In this document: positions 26,801 through 35,284 of the stretch, in pieces | Position numbering within the stretch: the first letter of the stretch is position 1 | How the letters are laid out: every line of letters begins with the position of its first letter | Source of the DNA: Ignavibacteria bacterium | GTDB taxonomy: Bacteria; Bacteroidota; Ignavibacteria; Tepidaquicellales; OLB5 | NCBI GenBank assembly: GCA_030835005.1 | Contig: JAUQWT010000293.1 | Location: 1-37,042 of the forward strand | Direction: 5' to 3' | DNA length: 37,042 bases | Position numbers and translations under genes: made by a program | The notes under the pieces: generated by a model | Told to the model about the DNA's origin: nothing | What the model saw: the letters and a program-made list of their open reading frames with translations, nothing else | Database searches by the model: none

Positions 26801-27862
26801 TCATAAAATTATGAGTTCCTTCGGAGACTTATTGAAAACATAACAGCTTTCATCCTTGATAAGTATGTCGTCTTCAATTCTGACTCCTCCGATGTCTTCA
26901 AGGTATATGCCAGGTTCAATTGTAACAACAACATTTTCTTGCAAGACCATCTCCATTCTATGGCTTACACTGGGGATTTCATGGACTTCAATTCCAAGCC
27001 CATGCCCTAATCCGTGTCCAAATTTACCCTCATAACCGCTATCGTGAATATACTTTCTTGATACCTGGTCCAGTTCCTTGGTGGATATTCCGGCTTTTGC
27101 TGAATCCAAGGCAAGTTGCTGGGATTTAAGAACTACTTCATAAACTTTTTTCATTTCATCACTTGGTTTCCCAACAGATATTGTCCTTGTTATATCTGAA
27201 CAGAAGCCGTCATACACACAGCCAAAATCAAGAGTCACCATTTCACCATTACTAATTATCTTATCAGATGCCATACCGTGCGGGAGACAGCCTCTCCAGC
27301 CGCTTGCAACAATCGGGTCAAATGAATCCCTGCTTGCTCCGAACTTTTTATGCCAGTAAGAGATCTCCGCTGAAATGTCCAATTCTTTCATGCCCGGCTT
27401 AATTATATCAAGGAGCTTGTTAAATACCAGATCACTAATATCTACAGCTTTTTGAATCTTAGCAATCTCATCCGGTGTCTTTATCATTGTCAGGCGTTCG
27501 ATCCTGTCCCCAAGAGGAGTGAACATTACATCCTTTGAAGATGCCTTTAGATCATCAAGCTGATGGACCGTGATATGTGCAGACTCAAATCCAATATTCT
27601 TCAGTCCCTCAGATTCAAAAATATTCTTTACTTCTTCAGCGGAAGCAGCTTTGACTATAATCTCAAAATCTTTTACTTGTGAGTGAGATTGTTCCTTATA
27701 CCTGAAATCTGTAATAAAGAAGTTCTTATTTTTTGTGATAATTACATATGCCGATGAACCCGAAAATCCGGTTATGTATCTGATATTTGGCATATGGGTA
27801 ATGTAAACTGCATCAAGGTTCAATTCATCCATAAAACTTTTGATGCTTTCAAGTCTTGTCAT
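26801..27862 (-). CDS. pepP: Xaa-Pro aminopeptidase / M24B family peptidase
   Basis: Creatinase-like N-domain plus the pita-bread metal ligands DFGCVYDGFCSDITRT, HGLGHGLGIEVHE, and TIEPGIY...GGVRIEDD. Confidence 0.88.
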   Translation of the reverse strand: MTRLESIKSFMDELNLDAVYITHMPNIRYITGFSGSSAYVIITKNKNFFITDFRYKEQSHSQVKDFEIIVKAASAEEVKNIFESEGLKNIGFESAHITVHQLDDLKASSKDVMFTPLGDRIERLTMIKTPDEIAKIQKAVDISDLVFNKLLDIIKPGMKELDISAEISYWHKKFGASRDSFDPIVASGWRGCLPHGMASDKIISNGEMVTLDFGCVYDGFCSDITRTISVGKPSDEMKKVYEVVLKSQQLALDSAKAGISTKELDQVSRKYIHDSGYEGKFGHGLGHGLGIEVHEIPSVSHRMEMVLQENVVVTIEPGIYLEDIGGVRIEDDILIKDESCYVFNKSPKELIIL

Positions 27863-28060
27863 TTCTTTGCTTGTAAACTATTATTAAATTAATATATTAG
27901 CAACAAATAGCTGTGGCCAAAACTACCACTAGAAACATAACTGAAATTTGATGAAACCACAAAAATACTTAAAAATCCATCGCTTATCAATTCAAAAACA
28001 TGAGAGATCCATTAAAGAGAGTGCTAATAAGATATCATTTGACCTGCTATGCAGGCGAAT

Positions 28061-28085
28061 AAAAAAGGGACGCAATTAGCGTCCC
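28061..28085 (-). terminator. Rho-independent terminator after pntB
   Basis: Minus strand reads GGGACGC-TAATT-GCGTCCC followed by T6, 38 nt after the pntB stop codon. Confidence 0.7.
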
Positions 28086-28122
28086 AACTTATAAACTTCT
28101 GAACTTTGAAACTTTCTAACTC

Positions 28123-29508
28123 TTAAAGAGCCTTTACTTCTGTAACCAGCTTCTGAAGTGATGATTTTGCATCACCAAAGAGCATACGGTTATTCGGGTA
28201 ATAGAACAGTTCATTATCAATACCTGCATAACCTGCTGCCATCGAGCGCTTCATCACTATTACATTTGCGGATTTATCCACATCTAGTATAGGCATTCCG
28301 TAAATCGGGCTGGCCTGATCATGTCTTGCGGCCGGATTAACAACATCGTTAGCTCCAATGATAATGGATACATCCGTATTCGGCATTTCACCGTTTGCGT
28401 CTTCCATTTCAAGAAGTTTTTCATATGGTACATCTGCCTCGGCAAGCAAAACATTCATATGTCCCGGCATTCTTCCTGCAACAGGGTGAATTGCATACTT
28501 AACTTCAACGCCTTTTTCTTCAAGCAGTTTTTCAAGCTCATGGCATACATGCTGTGCCTGTGCTACAGCTAAACCGTAACCCGGCACAATAAATACTTTC
28601 TTGGAATATGCCAGAAGTACTGCCGCATCATTAACTGATATTTCTTTAACTGTACCTTTTTCGCTCGTAGTACCCCCTGTAGCCCCGCCGCCGCCAAATG
28701 AACCGGCTATTACGTTGAATAACGAACGGTTCATCGCTTTACACATAAGGATAGTTAAGATCGTTCCTGCAGAACCAACGAGAATACCTCCCGTAAGCAT
28801 TACCTGGTTATTGTAAACAAAACCGGCAAATGCTGCAGCAACACCTGTAAAGGAGTTTAAGAGCGATATCACAACAGGCATATCAGCTCCGCCAATTGGC
28901 AGTACAAACATCACTCCGTAAATCAAAGCAATTGCTGTGACAACGTACAGCATCATTACATTTGATTCATGTGCAAATGAAAGCATTGCGCCAAGTGCAA
29001 AAGCACCAAGAATTATAAGCGCATTTATGAACTTCTGCCCTGGGAATGCTTTATCACCAATATTACCGTTAAGTTTCCCGAAAGCGATCATGCTGCCTGC
29101 AAACGAAACAGAACCGATTATGAGCCCTGCCATAATGATTGCAACGTGTCCTGCCCCCCCGCTCATTAAGAAGTGGTGACGCTGGTATTCAACGATAGAT
29201 ATTATCGCAGCACAGGCACCGCCCATTCCGTTAAACAAAGATACCATTTGCGGCATAGCAGTCATCTTAACTTTCTTGGCAGCAAGTGTGCCAATAATTG
29301 TCCCGATCACAAGCCCGCCGAATATCCAGAGATAATTCCCGATTGAACTATCCAGAAAGATCGTTCCGAAAATCGCTATAGTCATGCCTCCTGCCGCTAT
29401 TAAGTTTCCCTTACGGGCTGTTTCAGGGTGACTCAGCATCTTTAACCCCATTATGAAGGTTACGGAACCTATAAGATATATAATTGCTAATAAGTAAGAT
29501 TCAGTCAT
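28123..29508 (-). CDS. pntB: NAD(P) transhydrogenase subunit beta
   Basis: Multi-TM N-half plus the dIII NADP(H) domain (VPGYGLAVAQAQH, HPVAGRMPGHMNVLLAEA, GANDVVNPAA). Confidence 0.92.
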   Translation of the reverse strand: MTESYLLAIIYLIGSVTFIMGLKMLSHPETARKGNLIAAGGMTIAIFGTIFLDSSIGNYLWIFGGLVIGTIIGTLAAKKVKMTAMPQMVSLFNGMGGACAAIISIVEYQRHHFLMSGGAGHVAIIMAGLIIGSVSFAGSMIAFGKLNGNIGDKAFPGQKFINALIILGAFALGAMLSFAHESNVMMLYVVTAIALIYGVMFVLPIGGADMPVVISLLNSFTGVAAAFAGFVYNNQVMLTGGILVGSAGTILTILMCKAMNRSLFNVIAGSFGGGGATGGTTSEKGTVKEISVNDAAVLLAYSKKVFIVPGYGLAVAQAQHVCHELEKLLEEKGVEVKYAIHPVAGRMPGHMNVLLAEADVPYEKLLEMEDANGEMPNTDVSIIIGANDVVNPAARHDQASPIYGMPILDVDKSANVIVMKRSMAAGYAGIDNELFYYPNNRMLFGDAKSSLQKLVTEVKAL

Positions 29509-29510
29509 TG

Positions 29511-29819
29511 TTATTTTTTCTTTTTAAACATTTCAAGCATCCGGTCTGTAACCACAAACCCGCCCACTACATTTAATGTGCCAAGTATCACCGCTAGGAA
29601 TCCAAGGATAAGCGCAACGTAATTGCTGGGCTCTGCTCTTCCCATTACAATTATGGCGCCAATTATTACTACACCATGGATAGCGTTAGCACCTGACATC
29701 AGCGGCGTGTGCAGTACCGAAGGCACGTGAGAGATTACCTCAACGCCAAGGAATATCGAGAGAATGACAATGTAGATCATTCCCATATTTTCACCGATAA
29801 AGTTTAAAACCTGTTCCAT
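29511..29819 (-). CDS. pntA: NAD(P) transhydrogenase subunit alpha, membrane part (PntAB)
   Basis: 102 aa with three or four TM segments. Contains HTPLMSGANAIHG and a C-terminal VVTDRML. This is the split alpha arrangement seen in Rhodospirillum. Confidence 0.88.
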   Translation of the reverse strand: MEQVLNFIGENMGMIYIVILSIFLGVEVISHVPSVLHTPLMSGANAIHGVVIIGAIIVMGRAEPSNYVALILGFLAVILGTLNVVGGFVVTDRMLEMFKKKK

Positions 29820-29827
29820 ATATTATT

Positions 29828-30952
29828 TTACTTTACTGCCTCTTTAAGTTTTTCGTTCACTATTTCTTTATTATGCGTAATACATGTTCCCTTTACCAGG
29901 TCGTCTTCGAAATTAAGGTTGATCTGCCCGTCCTTAAGGATCAGTTTAAGGAAAGTAAGCACGTTCTTGCCAAACATTTTACTGGCATCGCTTGGAATTG
30001 AAGAAGGCAAAAATGAACTTCCGATTATCTTAACCCCATTCACTTCAACAGTTTCCTCATTCTTCGTCAGCTCACAATTACCGCCAGTAGAAGCCGCGAG
30101 ATCAACTATCACTGCGCCTTTTTTCATGCCGGCGACTGTTTCTTTTGTGATTAACACAGGAGCCTTCCTTCCGGGGATCTGCGCAGTTGTGATGATCACA
30201 TCAGACTTAACTGCATGATCGTGAATCACCTGTCTTTGCTTCTGCTTGAATTCCTCGGATTGCTCAACAGCATAACCGCCGGCAGCCTTGTCATCCTTAG
30301 CTCCTTCAACTTCAACAAACTTTGCGCCTAAAGACATAACTTCTTCTTTAACCGCACTGCGTGTATCAAATGCTTCAACTACGCCGCCTAGCCTTCTGGC
30401 TGTGGATATTGCCTGAAGCCCGGCAACACCGGCGCCAAGTATAAGCACTTTAGAAGGAGTAATACTGCCCGCTGCCGTCATAAACATCGGGAAGAATTTA
30501 GGCAGATTGGCAGCTGCTATAAGTACAGCTTTATAGCCTGCAACCGTTGCCTGCGATGACAAAATATCCATCGACTGGGCGCGTGTAGTTCTTGGAATAG
30601 TTTCCAGGCTGAAGCCTGTAACATTCTGATCTAAAAGCAGCTTAACAGTATCCGGGTTGAAGAATGGCTGGAAGATCGCAAGTGCGATAGCTCCCTGTTT
30701 CAGTTTTGTGATTTCATCTTTTGTAAGTGAGTTTATTCTTAGGATGACATCCGATGAAGAAAGCACCTTGGCTTTATCGCCAATTTCTGCGCCCTGTGCT
30801 TTGTAGTCTTCATCACTTGCGAAAGCTTTGGCGCCTGCCTGGCTTTCTACAAGGACCTGAAAATTCATCTTTACCAACTGTGCTGCTATCTCCGGAAGCG
30901 CTACGACTCTGTTTTCGCCTTCCGGCTCTTTGAGAATCCCTATTATTGCCAC
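29828..30952 (-). CDS. pntA: NAD(P) transhydrogenase subunit alpha, soluble dI part (PntAA; alanine dehydrogenase/PNT family)
   Basis: GILKEPEGENRVVALPE and the Rossmann motif VLILGAGVAGLQAISTARRLGG. GTG start. Confidence 0.9.
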   Translation of the reverse strand: MAIIGILKEPEGENRVVALPEIAAQLVKMNFQVLVESQAGAKAFASDEDYKAQGAEIGDKAKVLSSSDVILRINSLTKDEITKLKQGAIALAIFQPFFNPDTVKLLLDQNVTGFSLETIPRTTRAQSMDILSSQATVAGYKAVLIAAANLPKFFPMFMTAAGSITPSKVLILGAGVAGLQAISTARRLGGVVEAFDTRSAVKEEVMSLGAKFVEVEGAKDDKAAGGYAVEQSEEFKQKQRQVIHDHAVKSDVIITTAQIPGRKAPVLITKETVAGMKKGAVIVDLAASTGGNCELTKNEETVEVNGVKIIGSSFLPSSIPSDASKMFGKNVLTFLKLILKDGQINLNFEDDLVKGTCITHNKEIVNEKLKEAVK

Positions 30953-31345
30953 TATTTATATGGTAACCATTTATTTCAAAAAAATTCAGTTCAAAATTAC
31001 AAAAATCACAGTATAAAACAAATGATATAAGTCATATTTCAATTGTAATGAAATGTCAAATCACACTAAAGTCCGATTAGATAACTTAAATCAAAATATT
31101 TATGATGAAATGATGTATACAAATAAAGAATTCTTGACATTTCGGAGCACTGTTTGCATGAACATTTTCAGGGAAACTAAAAATCATCAGAAACTTTATT
31201 TTCCGCTTCGAAAAGTCAATTTCAGCAGGATGGCCTGACTGAACCAAATCAACTTATTACACCCATTTTTTCCACTTACTTATATGATTACTTTCCCTAA
31301 ATTGCATGAATTTGCTAATTTGAACTTCACTAAAAGGAGTGTTTC

Positions 31346-32851
31346 TTGCCTAAAATTCAGTTGCATACAAAAATCGTAATAGGGCTGATTCTCGGAGCGG
31401 TTTTCGGAGCATTATTTGCGATAAACCCGAACAAGCTTGAAATGAATTTTGCAGATAAATCTGAATCTGTTGAGAACTGGCAGGAATTCTCTTTCATGAA
31501 AAAAGATTCTGTTTTAAGAGTTTTTACAGGTAATGATCAGCTATCTATTATAAAATATTATAAGAATCTCAAAGACAAAAAAGACGCAAGGCTTAAGATA
31601 AAATTATCAGATGGCTCCGAACGCGTCTATGAAAATGTAACTTCAATTGAAAAGACCAAAACTATTGGTGTTTGGCTGAAACCGGTTGGAGATATTTTTG
31701 TACGGCTTCTGAACATGATCGCTGTTCCTCTTGTGTTAGCTTCGCTTATTGTTGGAGCCGCATCACTTACTGACCTTAAGCATGTTGCTAAGATCGGCGG
31801 AAAAACTTTGGGCTTTTATGCGCTGACTGCGGTAATTGCAATCTGTATCGGGCTTGCATTTGCAAACATCATTCAGCCGGGGCACATTATGGATCCGGAA
31901 GCGAAGAGCAGGCTTCTAGATGCATACCAGGATGAGGCAAAAACAAGGATAGATCAGAATGTTTCGATGAATATTGTGGATTTTCTTGTTAACATTGTTC
32001 CCAAAAATCCATTTAAAGCAATTGCGGATGGGGATTTTCTGCAGATAGTTTTCTTTGCGATTCTCACCGGTATTTTCCTGATGCAGATACCAAAGGAGAA
32101 GTCAGAACCGGTCCTTAATTTCTTCAGTGGAATAAGCGAAGCAATGATAGTACTTGTTGAAAAGATAATGATAATTGCCCCCTACGCCGTGTTTACACTA
32201 ATTGCGGCTACAGTGGCGGAATTCGGATTTTCTATCCTGAAAACTCTGATGTGGTACTCAATAACTGTTGTTGCGGGATTGATTGTACTAACTTTTGTTG
32301 AATATCCTATCCTGCTCAAGATATTTACTAAAATTAAACTGGGTGATTTTTTCCGGGCCCAACGCCAGGTAATTGCAGTAGCTTTCTCGACCAGTTCATC
32401 AGCTGCAACCTTGCCGGTTACAATGGACGTTTGTGAAAAAAGGCTTGGTGTGCCCAATAAAATTGCAAGTTTTGTACTCCCTCTAGGCACCACAGTTAAT
32501 ATGGATGGAACAGCTTTATACCAGGCTGTTGCAGCAATGTTCATTGCGCAGGTTTTCGGATTTGATCTTAATCTCACTCAACAAATAACAATTGTATTGA
32601 CGGCAGCGTTGGCAGCCGTTGGTACTGCACCCGTGCCGGGAGTAGGGCTGTTAATGCTAATAATTGTATTGAAATCCGTAGGCGTACCGGAAGAAGGCAT
32701 TGCGCTTATCATTGGTGTTGACCGTTTCCTCGATATGTGCAGAACAGTGCCCAATGTAATTGCAGATTCGCTTGCATGTGTTGTGATTGCAAGCAGTGAA
32801 GGCGAACTTGGCAAGATCGACCCGGATGCAAAGTATGAAGGAGCGATGTAG
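31346..32851 (+). CDS. Dicarboxylate/amino acid:cation symporter (DAACS, GltP/GltPh family), paralog 1, with an inserted TM1-TM2 domain
   Basis: HP1 is STSSSAATLPVT, TM7 is NMDGTALYQAV, HP2 is APVPGVG, and TM8 is DRFLDMCRTVPNVIAD. An AAGGAG Shine-Dalgarno site precedes the TTG start. Confidence 0.88.
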   Translation: MPKIQLHTKIVIGLILGAVFGALFAINPNKLEMNFADKSESVENWQEFSFMKKDSVLRVFTGNDQLSIIKYYKNLKDKKDARLKIKLSDGSERVYENVTSIEKTKTIGVWLKPVGDIFVRLLNMIAVPLVLASLIVGAASLTDLKHVAKIGGKTLGFYALTAVIAICIGLAFANIIQPGHIMDPEAKSRLLDAYQDEAKTRIDQNVSMNIVDFLVNIVPKNPFKAIADGDFLQIVFFAILTGIFLMQIPKEKSEPVLNFFSGISEAMIVLVEKIMIIAPYAVFTLIAATVAEFGFSILKTLMWYSITVVAGLIVLTFVEYPILLKIFTKIKLGDFFRAQRQVIAVAFSTSSSAATLPVTMDVCEKRLGVPNKIASFVLPLGTTVNMDGTALYQAVAAMFIAQVFGFDLNLTQQITIVLTAALAAVGTAPVPGVGLLMLIIVLKSVGVPEEGIALIIGVDRFLDMCRTVPNVIADSLACVVIASSEGELGKIDPDAKYEGAM

Positions 32852-32854
32852 TTA

Positions 32855-35278
32855 ATGCAGCATAGTGGATTAACCTCCTCCGAAGTTTCGGATAGAATAA
32901 GCAAAGGCTTACAGAACAAATCCTCGGTCACGAAGACTAGAAAAACAAGAGAAATCCTGCTTGAAAACGTTTTTTCAGTTTTTAATCTTGTAATTACCTC
33001 TGTAATCCTTTTCCTGTTGTATTTTTATGTTACCACCGGTGATTCTCGACTGCTGTATGATACTATTGGTACGACATTTGTAATTACTCTAAATACCTTT
33101 ATTGCAGTTTACCAGGAAATAAAGGCCAAGCGCGCTTTAGATCAGGTCAGCCTGCTTCTGAAAAAGGAAGTGAAGGTGATCCGCGATGGCAAGGAAGTAT
33201 TAATTGATCAAAGTCTAGTTGTTGTTGACGATCTTATTGTGCTCGAGCGCGGCGACCAGGTTGTAGTGGATGGCAGGGTTACGGATTCAAACAAAATGGA
33301 AATAGATGAATCCTTGTTAACAGGCGAATCTCTTCCAATTAATAAAAAAACCGGTGATGAAGTGCTCTCAGGCAGTTTCTGCATTTCAGGCAACGGTTAC
33401 TATTCTGCTGTAAAAGTTGGCGATAACAGCTATGCCAATGAAATAACCAAAACCGCAAAGAAGTTCAAACTGAATCTCTCACCCCTGCAAATAAAGCTTA
33501 ATTTTATTGTTAAAGTATTATTTTCAACTGCAATATTTTTAGTGATACTTGAAGTTATCCGGAATCCGCATGGATTCAGTGATCTGGATTTCGTGCGCAG
33601 GATATCAACCGTAATGCTTTCTCTTGTTCCCCAAGGCCTGGTGCTCATGTCTTCGGTTACTTTCGCGCTTGGGATTTACCGTATCAGCAAGATCGGGGCT
33701 ATAATTCAGAAGCTGAATGCCATTGAATCATTTGCCAATGTGAAAATTGTATGCACAGATAAAACTGGTACACTGACTCAGAACAAGCTTGCAGTAAACC
33801 GAATTACACCGTTAACGGAAAAATATTCAAAAGATAAGATCGAATCATTGCTCGGTACTTACGCGAAGCTTTCGAGTGATAAAAATGCAACGCTGCGTAC
33901 GCTTGAACATTTCCAACATGATGAAAATGCAAAAGTAATTGATGAAATTCCTTTCAGCTCAGAAAACAAAATGAGTTTGCTGCAATTATCAATTGGAAAT
34001 GAACAGCTGACTATAATTTTCGGAGGATATGATATTTTAAATGAAAGATCACAGGGCAAATCACAGGCAGAAGAGATTTTTAATAAGGACGAACTGAAGG
34101 TTTACCGCAATTTACTTTTCGGAATTGAATCCTCAGGCCGATCACTAAAAGACCTTGAAGAAAATCTCGATTCAGTCAAGATCGATCCTATTTGTATCGT
34201 CTCCATAACTGACCAGGTTAGAGGAGACGTAATGGAAGCCATTAACCTCTTCCATAAAAATGATATTGAGATTAAAATTCTATCAGGTGATAATGCATAT
34301 GCAATTCAGGCTGTCGCTAAAGAAATTGGCTGGGATATAAAAGATAGTGAGTTGATCTCCGGAAGCGGAATAGATGAAATTAGCGATAAAGATCTCTTCA
34401 GAATCATTATGGAGCGCAAGATCTTTGCACGGTTGAAACCAGAGCATAAGTTACGAATAATCAAAGCATTACGAAAAGAAAAAATTTACACTGCAATGAT
34501 AGGTGATGGTGTGAACGACTTGCCTGCTATTAAAGAATCGGATATGGGAATCGCCATGGAAGAAGGAAGCCAGATAACCCGCGAAGTTGCCGATATAGTT
34601 TTGTTGAAAAACAAGTTTGCTCTGTTGCCAAGTATTTTTGACGAAGGTAATAAGATAGTTAATACAGTCAGCTCGGTTGCAAAGTTGTTTCTGACGAAAA
34701 ATTTCATGGTGATATACCTCACTGTTCTTTCTATGTTCTTCATGTTCGAGTTTCCCCTCACACCGCGCCGTGTTTCGCTGATAAATATCTTTTCGATCGG
34801 CCTTCCCTCTTTGATAATTGCCTTAAGAAACTCGAATGTAAGCAAGCTCAAAAATTTCACGAAGGAGTTATTCAGTTTTGTATTTATTTCGGCGGCAATA
34901 ATTGTGGTTGCATCATACATTGGTCAGTATTATACAGAAAAGTATTTGGGATTCACCCCCGAAGATATTCAAATGGTGATGCTTTCGGTTATGATAATTA
35001 TTACCTCTGTAAATTTCCTTTCGGTTGTCGTACATAAAAATGAAAGGAACCTGAGATTGTACATATTGTACGCAATTGGCCTGGTGACGCTTTATTCATT
35101 CCTTGCAATTACACAGCTTGATTTTGTTCTGATACGCTGGATCAAGACATTCTATGAGATATCATATCTTGACAGCAGGTACTGGAAATTAACAGCGATT
35201 ATCAGTATTTCTAGTGCAGCAATTCTGTACATTACTCAGAAAATAAGAGAATACTTAATTAGTAATTCAGAAAAGTAG
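32855..35278 (+). CDS. P-type ATPase (10-TM, P2-like architecture, HAD-IC family) with an atypical membrane ion site
   Basis: A-domain LLTGESLP, phosphorylation site VCTDKTGTLTQN, TDQVRGD, ILSGDN, and MIGDGVNDLPAIKESDMGIAM. An AAGGAG Shine-Dalgarno site is embedded in the end of the upstream gene. Confidence 0.88.
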   Translation: MQHSGLTSSEVSDRISKGLQNKSSVTKTRKTREILLENVFSVFNLVITSVILFLLYFYVTTGDSRLLYDTIGTTFVITLNTFIAVYQEIKAKRALDQVSLLLKKEVKVIRDGKEVLIDQSLVVVDDLIVLERGDQVVVDGRVTDSNKMEIDESLLTGESLPINKKTGDEVLSGSFCISGNGYYSAVKVGDNSYANEITKTAKKFKLNLSPLQIKLNFIVKVLFSTAIFLVILEVIRNPHGFSDLDFVRRISTVMLSLVPQGLVLMSSVTFALGIYRISKIGAIIQKLNAIESFANVKIVCTDKTGTLTQNKLAVNRITPLTEKYSKDKIESLLGTYAKLSSDKNATLRTLEHFQHDENAKVIDEIPFSSENKMSLLQLSIGNEQLTIIFGGYDILNERSQGKSQAEEIFNKDELKVYRNLLFGIESSGRSLKDLEENLDSVKIDPICIVSITDQVRGDVMEAINLFHKNDIEIKILSGDNAYAIQAVAKEIGWDIKDSELISGSGIDEISDKDLFRIIMERKIFARLKPEHKLRIIKALRKEKIYTAMIGDGVNDLPAIKESDMGIAMEEGSQITREVADIVLLKNKFALLPSIFDEGNKIVNTVSSVAKLFLTKNFMVIYLTVLSMFFMFEFPLTPRRVSLINIFSIGLPSLIIALRNSNVSKLKNFTKELFSFVFISAAIIVVASYIGQYYTEKYLGFTPEDIQMVMLSVMIIITSVNFLSVVVHKNERNLRLYILYAIGLVTLYSFLAITQLDFVLIRWIKTFYEISYLDSRYWKLTAIISISSAAILYITQKIREYLISNSEK

Positions 35279-35284
35279 ACTGAA

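Noticed and set aside
31053-31238. 61-aa ORF inside the pntAA/DAACS intergenic region
   Set aside because: It has no Shine-Dalgarno site, an odd composition and no motif. The region looks like promoter or leader DNA. I cannot exclude a small protein, but nothing supports one.
32182-32931. Antisense ORFs of 131 and 117 aa inside DAACS1 and the start of the ATPase (similar ones at 36034..36462 and 36529..36771)
   Set aside because: These are typical mirror-frame ORFs opposite Ala/Gly/Val/Thr-rich membrane-protein genes. Their translations are low-complexity Thr/Ala/Pro/Ser runs.
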